DNA from: Macrostomum lignano
Taxonomy: Eukaryota
Length of the DNA stretch: 64,000 bases
Assembly: GCA_002269645.1 (NCBI GenBank)
Contig: NIVC01000695.1
Coordinates: 1 to 64,000, forward strand
Direction: 5' to 3'
The notes beneath the pieces were generated by a model. That model ran no database searches. It was given only the letters and a program-made list of their open reading frames with translations, and had not been told where the DNA came from. This document shows positions 45,170-56,419 of the stretch, one piece after another. Numbering within the stretch: the first letter of the stretch is position 1; the number at the start of each line of letters is the position of its first letter. A program made the position numbers and the translations under genes.

Positions 45170-47974
45170 ATGTCAAAATTACCCACTTTTACAAAGAAGG
45201 CGGTAGCAAATGCGGCGGAGCCGCCAGCCAAGCGTCCAAACCACAGGCAGTCCACGGACATGCGCCAAGACAGCACAGCTCTGGCCACGTCGCAACCAAG
45301 GCAGGCCCCAGGCCGCACGTCGGTGCCACCGGCGCAACGGCGGCGAGTCTCGCATGGTGCTTCGGCCAAAACCACGCCTCCGCTCGAACCAGGTGTCCTT
45401 GAGCCGGGCTCGGACAAGTCCTCGGCGGCGGCATCCACCATTCCAAAGTCGCCTGTGCTAGCTATTACGGCCGAGAAGGCCAACTCTCCAAGTAGCGCCA
45501 TCTCGATATCGTCGGCGAGCTGCTCAGACTCTGCGACTGTGCTGGAGGGGGCCGGCCAAGCAGGCTCACAAGACCCCAGCGCAGCTGAAGCAGCACCCGA
45601 GTCTGCAACTGAAGCTGACTCTGCAGGCGATGGCAACGTCGATTTGGACGCTGAAAACACTAGTAGCCTGCCCTACGAAAATCCAATCGGATTCCCTCTA
45701 GGTGCAGACAAGTCAGCGCTACAGATCAAATTGCCCTATCAAGATGTACGGATAGAGTACTATCCTAATATGCTCCGAAGCATAGCCGATGACATCTACG
45801 AACGACTAATCCAAGATCTGCTACCAATAGCTTCAAGGCATCGTCCTCATGAACGGCGTCGGGTGGTTTGGTATGGTCCAGACTACTCCTACTCTGGAGT
45901 CCCACTCGGCGCCAATCTCAAATGGCATCCTCTGGTCGAGGACATGCGAGACTACTTGGAGTTCAACGCAGATATCAACGCTCCTAAATTTAACAGCTGC
46001 CTGATAAATTTTTACGAATCGGCAGAAGATGGCATACCCTACCATGCTGATGACGAACCCGAACTCGGCCAGGACCCGTACATCGCCACAGTCTCTTTTG
46101 GGGCTGTACGCAAATTCCTGGTAAAGAGTAACGAGGATCAGCAGGTAGTGGCAAGCTTCGAGACCAAGCCCGGCTCTGTTATCATCATGAAGGGAGCCTG
46201 TCAAAGTCGGTGCAAACACAGTGTCCCGGCTGTCGGTGTCCAGGAGGGCGTCCGTGTGTCGCTCACCTTCAGGGTGACCCACCCACCTGGCAACGGCAGT
46301 CGGGGGCACGGAGGCACGACCGCGGCAGCTGCACCCAACGAGCAAGGGCCTGGCAGTAGCGGGGCGGACTCCGGTCCTGCTGCGCCGGGCTCCCGGACGA
46401 GCGCGGCGACCGGGCAACCAGGCAGCAGTGGGGCGGCCGGCGCGACCGGCCCTGCTGCGCTTGGCAGACCCCGCATCCAAGCAGGAGGTAGCGGCAACGC
46501 TGGAACGGGGCGCGGAGGTGGCGCTGCACCACGGCGGGAGTTACTGGGGCGCACTTACGCGCAAGCCGCAAGACAGTATCCTACCAATCGTAACGCTGGC
46601 CGCCAGGATGTCGTCCCAGTCGTCTTCACCTTCGATGGTGACACTGGTGACGGCAACTTTGGCCAAATAAGCTTCTTGAAGTGGCTGGCAACCAATTTCC
46701 AGGGCAACGCCAGAGCGACGTTAACCAAACCGCTCCAGACTGGCAAGGGCTTCCTCGTTTTTCCGGCCACTCCCAGAGACCACCAGGTGTTTCTGCGGGG
46801 TGCGCTCCGGGAGCCCAATTTCAATGGCGTGTCCGTTAGTCGTAGGCTACCAAATGCAAGACCAAGCAATAAACCGGCTAGTAGACCTCCACCCGTCCAG
46901 ACGGTGCACTCGGTCGTCGTCAGGGGTGTTCCAACGGACATCGAGGTCCCGGACTTCACTAGGCACCTAAAAGAGGATGTGGGGCTCAATGTAATCTCGG
47001 CGAGTAGAATTACCTCCAGAGCACGTAACGAGCCCACGCACCTAGTCAGACTCTTTCTACCCAACAAGGCCACAGCCGATGCGTGCCTGGCAACGGGCAT
47101 TATCTCCGATTTCACGCACTATGCCTGTGAGCCGAGCAAGACGGCTGCTCCAGCGAGAGCTCTACAATGCCGCAAATGCCAACGATTTGGGCACACTGCT
47201 AATCGATGCCGGTCCGCTCCCCGCTGCAACATATGTGCGGCGGCGCATCGCTGGCAGGACTGCCCCAATCCAGAAGAAGCCAAGTGCGCCAACTGCGGTG
47301 AGGCTCATCGGGCCAATCATCGCAACTGTCCGGTGGCCAATGAGAAGCACGAAGAAGCAGCCCGGCGTGCAGCAGCATTCCAAGCTGGCGCCCGGGAAGC
47401 AGCAGCAACGGCCCAGGCGACAGTGGCGAATACCAACCAAGCAGCACGAGCAGCAGCGCCGGCAGCAGCAGCAGCAGCGGCAGCAGCAGCACCGGCAGCA
47501 GCAGTAGCAGCAGCAGCGCCACCTGCCCCCGCTCCTCGTCCAGCCCCAGCGACAGCGTCACGGCCAAGCGAGACCGCTGCACGGGCGTCCACGGCTACGG
47601 GGGGTCCTGACGACGACTCGTCCTGGCTCACCGGCCCCGGCCTCCCTAGTCGGAAGCGCCCTGTGCGCGACTCGATGGATTCCGAGACGCAGACGCAGCC
47701 GCCAGCGAGAGCTGAAGTGCCAAATAACGTGCCGGACTTTCAAGGACTGGTGAGTGGGCTCCTTCCCCTGCTGGTTCAAGCACTCGTTGAGGTGCTTACG
47801 ACCCTCTGGCTGAGACCAGCCGAACGGCCGCCTACTACAGAAGGTACCGGTCAATCCGTGCACGACGTAGTAGGTAGGGTTCTGGCCCGGGTACTCGAAG
47901 GAGGATCGGAAAGTCACCAAGGCCTCGGTCAGCTGCTTGGTGCCCCTCGGCGTCAGGCGGATGGCCAGGTCTAG
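45170..47974 (+). CDS. LINE copy 2 ORF1: AlkB dioxygenase fused to gag-like ORF1 (RRM-like + 3 CCHC knuckles)
   Basis: Uninterrupted 934-aa ORF. The AlkB part (about 45740-46275) has WYGPDYSYSG, FNSCLINFY, YHADDE, KHSVP, RVSLTFR. Knuckles at about 47165-47330. Confidence 0.92.
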   Translation: MSKLPTFTKKAVANAAEPPAKRPNHRQSTDMRQDSTALATSQPRQAPGRTSVPPAQRRRVSHGASAKTTPPLEPGVLEPGSDKSSAAASTIPKSPVLAITAEKANSPSSAISISSASCSDSATVLEGAGQAGSQDPSAAEAAPESATEADSAGDGNVDLDAENTSSLPYENPIGFPLGADKSALQIKLPYQDVRIEYYPNMLRSIADDIYERLIQDLLPIASRHRPHERRRVVWYGPDYSYSGVPLGANLKWHPLVEDMRDYLEFNADINAPKFNSCLINFYESAEDGIPYHADDEPELGQDPYIATVSFGAVRKFLVKSNEDQQVVASFETKPGSVIIMKGACQSRCKHSVPAVGVQEGVRVSLTFRVTHPPGNGSRGHGGTTAAAAPNEQGPGSSGADSGPAAPGSRTSAATGQPGSSGAAGATGPAALGRPRIQAGGSGNAGTGRGGGAAPRRELLGRTYAQAARQYPTNRNAGRQDVVPVVFTFDGDTGDGNFGQISFLKWLATNFQGNARATLTKPLQTGKGFLVFPATPRDHQVFLRGALREPNFNGVSVSRRLPNARPSNKPASRPPPVQTVHSVVVRGVPTDIEVPDFTRHLKEDVGLNVISASRITSRARNEPTHLVRLFLPNKATADACLATGIISDFTHYACEPSKTAAPARALQCRKCQRFGHTANRCRSAPRCNICAAAHRWQDCPNPEEAKCANCGEAHRANHRNCPVANEKHEEAARRAAAFQAGAREAAATAQATVANTNQAARAAAPAAAAAAAAAAPAAAVAAAAPPAPAPRPAPATASRPSETAARASTATGGPDDDSSWLTGPGLPSRKRPVRDSMDSETQTQPPARAEVPNNVPDFQGLVSGLLPLLVQALVEVLTTLWLRPAERPPTTEGTGQSVHDVVGRVLARVLEGGSESHQGLGQLLGAPRRQADGQV

Positions 47975-47979
47975 ACTAA

Positions 47980-50854
47980 TACCAAGATGACACCTTCGGT
48001 GATAGTGAGCAAGACAGCTCCAACCCCGCTGCCATAGGGCTTAGGATCGCCCATCTAAATTGCAGGGGGATTATACCGAAACTAAAAGAACTCAGGCTCT
48101 GGGTCTCAGACCAAAAACTGGACATTGCGCTGTTCTCTGAGACCATCCTGAAAAATACTCAAGTATGTACATTTCCGGGCTATGCTGCAGTGCGGTTTGA
48201 CCTTCCGAACACGAAGCGCGGACTCCTCCTTGTTCACTCCCCACGGGTAAAGGTAGCTGACGTCCAGCTCTCGTATGACAACATCAACCATGAGGTTCTC
48301 ACCTGCACGGTCACACCTGTTGACGGAGCATGCCCCCCGTTCCAACTATCCCTGGTTTATCGGTCTCCATCGCCGGACAACCTCGATGTCGGCTTGATGA
48401 CTCGGCTGTCCTCGGCAAAACACTCTCTAGTGATGGGGGACCTGAACGCCAGGCACAGTTTCTTAGGGGGCGAGAGTCGCAACAACAGGGCTGGTCAGCA
48501 GCTTCACGACTGGCTCTGCGGCGACCCCATGAATCGCCCTACTGTCCTGAACCAACCGGGTCAATTTACTAGGATAGCCCACCGGCAAGGTACAGTCTCC
48601 AGGAACGTGCTGGACTTAGGTCTGGCCTCCAGTGACCTTGTCCCTTTCATCCAAGATTTCAAAGTGGGCTATGACCTCAACAGTGACCACCTTCCAATTA
48701 TTCTTACCCTGGCGAGCAACTCCCCAGACTGGCAGGGGCCAGAGAAAGCCCGCAACTTTGCAAAGGCCAACTGGGAGGAGTTTCAGAACTCGCTGATGGA
48801 AAAGCTGGTAGACGAATGGCCTCCAGACCTTAGTACAAGGCAGCAAATTGATGCGGAGGTCGACACCATCACCAGTGCTATCCAGCAAACCATCGAACAA
48901 AATGTCCCGGTTAAGAAAGGCCGTAGAGCCCTCCCTCAAAGGATCATAGCTATGATCAAGGAGAGGAGGAAGCTCCGGCGATTGTATCATAGTTCCAGGG
49001 ACGACAACTTCAGGCTCCTTGCGAATCGGAAGGCAAAAGAGATCAAAAGCGCCATCCACGCATTCGAGCAAGGCCAATTTACAGAGTTGTGCGAAAAGAT
49101 TGTTGAAAAAAGTCGATGCCGGAACGTGAAAGATTTCTGGCAAGACACGAAAAAATTAATGGGGCGCAACAAGGGCACCACGATCCCGTCCCTGAACGAT
49201 GGCGCTACCCACGCACACACAGACTCTGACAAAGCCGATATGCTCGCGAGAGCATTAGACGCCAAAATGCGCCCGATTCCATCTACGGACGATGGTCTGA
49301 AGAAGGTTGAGCGGACTATGAAGCTCCCGCTATTCAGGCCTGTCCCACCGGGCGAAGAACAACACATGGGCCACCCTTTAGAGGCTCCATTTTCCGTAAC
49401 CGACACCCTTTGGGAGCTTGACCACCTCAAGACTGACAGCGCTCCGGGCCTGGACAAAGTTCCCAACTGCGTCCTGAAATATGGCCTAGAGCCCATCGCG
49501 GTTACGCGCATCACCAAGTTGTTCAACGACTGTTACCGGACAGGAATCTTCCCATCGCAGTGGAAAAAAGCGGTGGTGACCATGATTCCAAAACCGGACA
49601 AACCGCCTGAATCCCCGGGTTCCTATCGGCCCATTAGCCTGACCTCCTGCCTTGGAAAGGTGTTTGAGAAGCTGCTAGTGAGGAGGCTAATGAAACATCT
49701 CGAGGGCCAAGGTATCCTCGGTGCGGATCAGTGCGCCTACAGGAAGGTTCACTCGACGTACGACAATCTTGTCCGACTCGTCCAGGACGTCCAAGTGGGC
49801 AAAGCCAAACTCAAAAGACTACTGGCCATCCTTCTTGACGTACAAGCGGCCTTTGATTCCGTGTGGTACGACTACCTGAGGTTCAGGATGCACGAAGTCG
49901 AAACGCCGGACGCCCTTGTCAGGATCTGCTCAGACTACCTAGCAGAGGCTAATGCAGGTCAGGGTGAACGGAGCGCTCAGTCAACCGTACGAGCTACAGG
50001 CTGGCGTTCCACAAGGCGGTATACTAAGCCCGTTCCTGTATCTGCTTTTCATCAGCACCATGCCGCGGCCGCAACATCCAAACCTCAAGCGAAGCCAGTT
50101 CGCCGATGACATGGCCATCTGGGCCTCGGCGGACTCCTTTGCCAGCCTCAAGACTCTCCTGCAGCCCTACCTTGACCAGGTTTGGAACTGGTGTGGGGGG
50201 CAGGGGATTAAGATCAACGCTGGCAAAAGCCAGACAATCGCCTTCAACTACAAACCTACTCGCCGGCTCGATCTGCGCCCCAAGCTTAATCTGGGCGGAA
50301 CGAACCTGGAATACCAAGAAGTCCGGTTCCTCGGCATGAACCTGGACTACCGGCTGACCCTGAACTCTCACGTTGAGAGAGTAGTCAGCCATGGTCGGGC
50401 GCTTGCCCTATCGATTAACCGCATTGCAAAGCTCACCCGACTAAGCAGCAATACCCTAAAGATGCTATACAGGGCCTACGTGGAGAGCGTGCTGACTTAT
50501 GGCGCCCCCGTGCTCAATATTATAGCGCCCAGCAACCTCAACAAGTTGCAAAAAATCCAAAACCTAGCCCTCAGGATTTGCTACGGTGCCCCAAGTTATA
50601 CGCAGGTGGCCTACCTTCACGAGATCGCAGCGATCCCCATGCTGGCCGATAGGATCCGGGCCCTTGGTGTTGGTTGGCTGACGAAGGTGAAGGCCGCTGG
50701 GTACCATGACTTTCATGTCGAACCTGAGCTTCCTAGAGCGGCTAGAAATCGTCCTCCAGTGCTGAACCTTCTGTGGGACAGCCTAAAAAGGAGGCATGCA
50801 AACAGGTTAGCTGCGGCAAGTGCGGCAGCCCGTGTGGCTAGAAATCCGCCCTGA
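47980..50854 (+). pseudogene. LINE copy 2 ORF2 (APE + RT), 2-bp deletion frameshift near 49945
   Basis: Same motifs as copy 1. GCAGA-GGCTAATG here versus GCAGACAGGCTAATG in copy 1. Confidence 0.92.
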
Positions 50855-51626
50855 GCTAACAAAGGCCCCCCTCCGCTGTGTGTTGGTGCAGTGTAGAGGG
50901 TTGCAGAGAAAGGGCTTATATGCTGCCAATTAGAAATATAGGAAAAGGAAGAGAGTGCTTGACTGGTTGGGGTGGGTCCCGTGATCCAGTCTGAAATTGG
51001 GTAGTCTGAAATTGGGTAGTCAATTAACATTATCATTACTCACCTGTGATTGCCTGAATTGCACCGCCGCTTTCTTCTTTTTATTGCTTCCTATATTTTT
51101 ATTCATTGTACATATTTTTTACAATACAAATATTTACACGCCTGCCTTTTTTGCATCCAGGCATAAATGCGTTTTTACTCGGCTTTTGCACTTTTTTATT
51201 CTAAAAAATAGCTTTTATTTCACACCCCAAATGCTTTTATTTATGGACCTATCATGGTACATATGACAAATAACTAACTAAATTATTTTATTGCCTGGCT
51301 ACTACTTAAAGTAGTCATATTTAACTATTGCCAATATTTTTTTAGTACTTTAAATTTTCATCCAATAATGCGTGCACTACCCCTACAGTATGGTCCAGAT
51401 CTTTGTGAGGACCCCCTCTATTCAGAATTCCCCCTATTTTAGTGCAAAATATTCTTAATGTAACAAAATGTAAATATTTTATTTTATATACCAAATAGTA
51501 AACATTAACTCGTTTTTTAATACTTCGCAAACTAAATTCGGCTCTATATTTTTAAATAAATCGGCAGAGCCCATCTCGGGCTGATCCGAGGGTGCCCCAA
51601 TTTTCACCCACTCGTTTAACAACAAC

Positions 51627-52306
51627 AAGAAGCATCCGTTCGGGACAAGCAGTCAAGGATCCGTTCAGGACCGTCCATCAGGACAGTGTTTATAGAGACA
51701 AAAGATCTCAATTCAAAAATAGAAAATAAGGGAGTTTCCTTTCAAAGATTTTATATAGAAACTTAAGGAAATTAAGGGTAAGTTAAGGATAAAATTCTAA
51801 AAAGGGTAAAATAGGGAGGCTAAGAAGGAGTCTACCACTTAGTCAAACGGAGTCTACCGAGAATAGGAATATTAGTATAGTCAGTTAGATAAAATAGGGA
51901 AAGACTAAGGGAGTCTACCATTAATCTAATTAAGAATCGGAGTCTACCGAATTGTTAACATAGGGATTAATTGTGTACTTTCTTTGCATATTTGGTTAAA
52001 TAATATTTCTTTTGTTTGTTTGATCTAAAATAATCCTATATGAAATTGACTCTTGTCTCACTTATTTTAATTTAACATTAATTATAAGGGGCATTAGTCT
52101 GGTGGCAGCGACCTACCAAATAAAAGTACGTAATAGCAGATTAGTAGAGCAAGGTGACCTAGATCGTAACAACTATTCATTCAAATTAAGGTAGCTAGGA
52201 AATCTTCCAGCTTAATCTAAGCCCGGAGTCTCTCGAGCTCAGATTAATCAAATTAAAAATAAACCAACAAACCAGTAGCCTAAAGCGCAGGTACCACGCT
52301 TGTCCA
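51627..52306 (+). repeat. 3' LTR of Gypsy A, right part (starts with the LINE TSD copy)
   Basis: Matches about 16390-17070. Ends TTGTCCA, followed by TSD CAAT. Confidence 0.92.
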
Positions 52307-52920
52307 CAATATATTTCAGAATAAGAATTCAACAAGTCAATTTTTTCTAGCATTCTTACAATGAATTTCAAGTCGAAAAGTTTGCTTGACCTTTGAAAAA
52401 AGCATGCTTTTCGAATATTTAATCCCTTTAGCATTTAGCAATTTCTTAGCCAAGATACATGTACCGTCACGGAAAAATTTCTGATCGAATGGTGCAAAGT
52501 TCGAACAAAATCGGACAACGACGAGAAGACGGCTATTTTACATGGAGCCAATTGACATATACAAAGGGTGCTAGCTGGGATAGTGATCGTTTGGGCACTA
52601 ATTTCTATAATAACAGCATCTAAATTGCCTAAAACAGCAGTTAGCTTAAGGAAAAACAATCAATGGTCTAGATGAGTGTTGATTTTTTTTCTCTAGCACT
52701 TTTATTAGCTGAGTTATGGCCCATCACGTGGTGATTTCTATGGCTATAAATTGCGATTTCACTAGCTGCGGGTGACAGATCGCAGTCTAAAGCCGCAAAT
52801 TGCAGCATCAAATCTCAGTCTACCCTGCAATCCCTCTGCTTAATCAGTCTTTAAGCAAATAAGTTCAACAATTGGCACAAGTTAACCGTTCAGTAGGCTA
52901 AATGTTGCTAAAAACACAAG

Positions 52921-54048
52921 ATGGCATCAGCTTCAATGAAAGACATCAAACCAACAATGCGTGGCGTCATTCGCTTCTGGATCGACAGCGGACGCACAAA
53001 TGCGGCTGAAATGCACGCAGAGCTTGTTGCGACATATGGAGAGGCCGTGCCAAGCAAACCGACTGTCCGACGGTGGGTTCGCGAGTTCAAAGAGGGCCGC
53101 ACCACGCTTGACATCGCGCCTGGCCCATCTGGCTCCACACCGGCGCAGGTGCGCGCCCGTCTGCAAAGCGTTCTTGCTGTTAAAGCTGCTGTAAAAGCTG
53201 CGCCTAAGAGCTCACTTCGCAGGCTTTCTGCTACTGTTGGCCTTTCAAATCCATATGTGCACGAGATTCTCAAGACCGATCTTGGGCTGTCCCGCCTCTC
53301 CTGTCGATGGATTCGTCGCATCCTCACGCCAGAGCAGAAGAGTCGACGTGTCGAGGTTGCACACGCGCTGCAGGCTGCCTACACTCTCGAGGGTCAGCCT
53401 TTCCTTGACAAGATCATAACGTGCGACGAGACGTGGCTGCCCTTTTTTGAGTCGGCTGGCAAGCAGAAAGACGCTGAGTGGTGCGTGCGAGGCTAAAACT
53501 CGCCTACGAAGCCTCGGGCGACGTGGACAAAGAAGATCATTATCTCTCTCTTCTTCGATGGTCAAAGTCCCCTGCTGGTCGACTTTCTGCCGGATGGCAA
53601 GACTGTCAACTCAGTGCACTACCAGGAACAGCTTGAGCGCCTCAAGGTGGCTGTTATTGCGAATCGACGTGACAACAGAGTATTTGGAGCATTCAAGCAG
53701 CTCATGCGGGGTCGAGTGCTTAGCAGCGACCGCGCGCAAGTGGAGGCCGAGGCGATGCGCGTTCTTCGCTCGCAGGAATTCCGCGCCGTCTTTTGGCAGG
53801 CTATCAACGAGCTCCCGAAGAAGTGGGCAAATGTGATCGCCGTCAAGGGCTCAAGGATGAAGAAGCTGCTGCATGGACGAATCGTTGCTTTTTGTGGGAG
53901 CCTGGAAGCATTGACTCGCCAAGTTCTCCTGCATGAGATGCCGCGCTCAGATTTTGCTGATGCCATTGACGACATGCACAGCCGATGGCAGAAGTGTGTG
54001 CAGCGCAGTGGTGACTATGTGGAGAAGCCTCAGGACAATTTTGATTAA
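52921..54048 (+). pseudogene. Tc1/mariner (mariner-type) transposase, defective
   Basis: HTH (AEMHAEL...SKPTVRRWVREFKEGR), WIRRIL (WVPHEL-like), IITCDETW. In-frame TAA at 53494-53496. The HDNA..H/YSPDL segment is missing. Ends RWQKCV..GDYVE. TIRs not convincingly found. Confidence 0.9.
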
Positions 54049-54470
54049 CTTTTAACTGTTATTTCCTCAGCTTTCATGTTGCGGATGTTTTGTTGATTCG
54101 TTGAATGTTTCGTTGTTTCGTGCATCAGGTACAAAGCTTTGATCTATGGCAATTTGTAGTAGCACAGGGGGTGGGGCAGAAAAGTTCTCATATCTAAAGA
54201 ATGCCAGCAGATACAGAAATAAACAAAAAGTCATTTTAACGGGCAGATAATTCTCTTGTTAACTGCTACAAAATAAATATTTCTGATCGGTCAGAAAAGG
54301 CTGTAGTGAAGAAATTGCACCGACTTATGGGACACCCCTTGTATTAAGTTTTTGAATTCTGATTTTATGAATCACAATTCCCATGACGAAAACTGTTGGC
54401 ACTGACAGCTAAAAGTCGCACTGGTAAACAGAAACAACTATTGAAATTATCCATACTGTTCATTTTGCAG

Positions 54471-54629
54471 ATCGACGAGCTTCGGCTTTCAGGTGAAGAA
54501 AATCTACGTGACATGGTCAGCCGAATGACTAATCGCCTAATGAGCACTGACGTACAGTGCCAATACAACCAAACTGGAAAGCCTCGCCTCCTAAGCGAAG
54601 CTTCGTACAGGTGGAGCAACTGATAAAAG
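54471..54629 (+). pseudogene. Isolated exon resembling a DUF4806-type (transposon-associated) domain
   Basis: Flanked by TTTTGCAG and GTAAGC. Encodes LSGEENLRDMVSRMTNRLMSTDVQCQYNQTGK, then after a frameshift KRSFVQVEQLIK. The family call is from memory of the motif. Confidence 0.4.
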
Positions 54630-56419
54630 GTAAGCTTGTAACGCATTGAAAAGTGTGCCACTTTCACAGCATCCTAGCTTTATCTTCAAATAACCAGGGC
54701 GACTATAGATAATTTGTCACTTTGCTATTTCTTTAATAGGAGTTATAAGCCTATTCACAAAAAAATTACAAAAAATAGAAATGGAATCTATACTAGTTCC
54801 TCATTTGAATTTGGATAATCCAGTCCAGTGAGTCAGTTAATTGATACATTTAAGCTTGAGCACCACTTATCTAAAAAAGAATTACAGCGACAAGTTTAAA
54901 AGATAGGAATTCTAGCCGACAGCAATACGAGCTGAAAAAACGCTACACTTATCAGTCAAACTTCTCTTCATACCATTTTATAACAAGATTAAATAAGTTT
55001 TGATAGCAGCAAATAATACGCAGTAAAAAAATCCACTAAATCCGTAGAGGCCATAATTCAGCCTGGAGGAAAAATTACGGAAAAATAAATCATAGAGAAG
55101 TTGGCCCACTTTTTGGCCGACGCTCCTGCGCAGAAAGGCGGAATGAAGCAGAGCTGGAGCCAGCGTCAGACCTATGAAGCAGCTGCTAGCCAATCAGGTC
55201 CATTTCGGCTTTGATTCTGAACGTGATTCTACACTCGACATTTGTGCCCTGACTTGAAAGTACTTTTTACTCGTAGTTCCTTTTTTGTAAATTTATTATT
55301 ACTGGGCGGGTACTGCATCATATAAGCATGTAAAAAATCGGTACGCTTTGCATCGAGATGCGAAGGAAACAGTCAAAACTACAGCCTCTTACAGTACATT
55401 CGCTTCTACGATAAAGTTGTAAATAACAGTATACGAGGTAGAAATGGGATGGTATATGGTTTTAAACCTGAATGCGTTAAGACTCAGCCAGTCGATTGGT
55501 TGGGATTTTACAATTTAGCGGCTCACCTGCATCACATGGGTTTCCTTACTTACTGTTTCCTAAGGAATAATTAACAAAATTAGTGCTGTGCATTAGTATT
55601 AAATATTATTTTTAGGATATGAGTTTGCTAGTAAAACATTTTAGACAATTGCAGAAGGTGTACATGTAGTTTCCGTCAAGCATGAATAATTCTCGCATGG
55701 ATTTACTTGCTACTCATAGCTTTACATGCACACCTTCCCACTATACTACTGTAAGTGGGTTCAAGTAGCTCTTGTAGAAATTTATGTAATGCAGTCTGTA
55801 TTTATTGGATGCTATGGCTAACACTTACTCGCTACTTAATTTTAATGGGTTTTCAACTGCAATTTTGTTCCTATGTAACCAAAACATTTTTAAACACTGT
55901 AATGCCAGTTGCACAAAAATTTTCAATGTTCATTAGCAGAATACGCTGTACACTAATTTGCATTATTTGCTATCCGGGAGTCTGACATTTAATCACTTTA
56001 CAGCAGATTACTTTTTTATTTTTCTCAAAAATAAAATTTAGCGCTTGTGCTTTGCCGAAATACTAGCAAAGTGTATATTCAAAGTTTATATGTGTGCTGT
56101 GGTCAAATTCGACTCTATAATAATCAAAATGAAAAATGGGCTACTTTCAATTAAATGCACAAGGGCCGGACTGATATGCATGCATGTCTCATTTTATTAT
56201 CCTTTTTGCTTAAAAATACGCGTACTATTTTTGTAAGGTTTGTGACTTGCAGTCTTGCTTATGGTGCATGTAAATGTGACTTCATTAAATAAAAGAAAAA
56301 ATCCACAGCTCCACTAAAGAACTGATCTTCATGCAACAAAATAAAATTCAAAGCCTCGTTGATTTAAATTTCCGTACTGCTACTTCAAGTGGACTATGAC
56401 TAAAATATCGTATCGAAAC

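Larger units (their letters stand above)
44369..51626 (+). mobile_element. Apparently full-length Jockey/I-group LINE (copy 2, about 7.3 kb) with AlkB-ORF1
   Basis: About 800-bp 5' UTR, ORF1, ORF2, about 770-bp 3' UTR and (AAC)n tail. The LINE pair is bounded by the 13-bp TSD AAGAAGCATCCGT (39212-39224 and 51627-51639). Confidence 0.92.
16177..52306 (+). mobile_element. Gypsy/Ty3 LTR retrotransposon A (full span including nested insertions)
   Basis: Paired LTRs TGTAGTAGG...TTGTCCA, 4-bp TSD CAAT (16173-16176 and 52307-52310), PBS, PPT, gag and PR-RT-RH-IN order. Confidence 0.93.

Noticed and set aside
39793-50392. Numerous antisense and alternate-frame ORFs over the LINEs
   Set aside because: GC-rich shadows of ORF1/ORF2 with no independent motifs.
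52559-54343. Candidate mariner TIRs TACAAAGGGTG and CACCCCTTGTA
   Set aside because: Only about 11 bp of imperfect match, diverging immediately; not enough to call termini.
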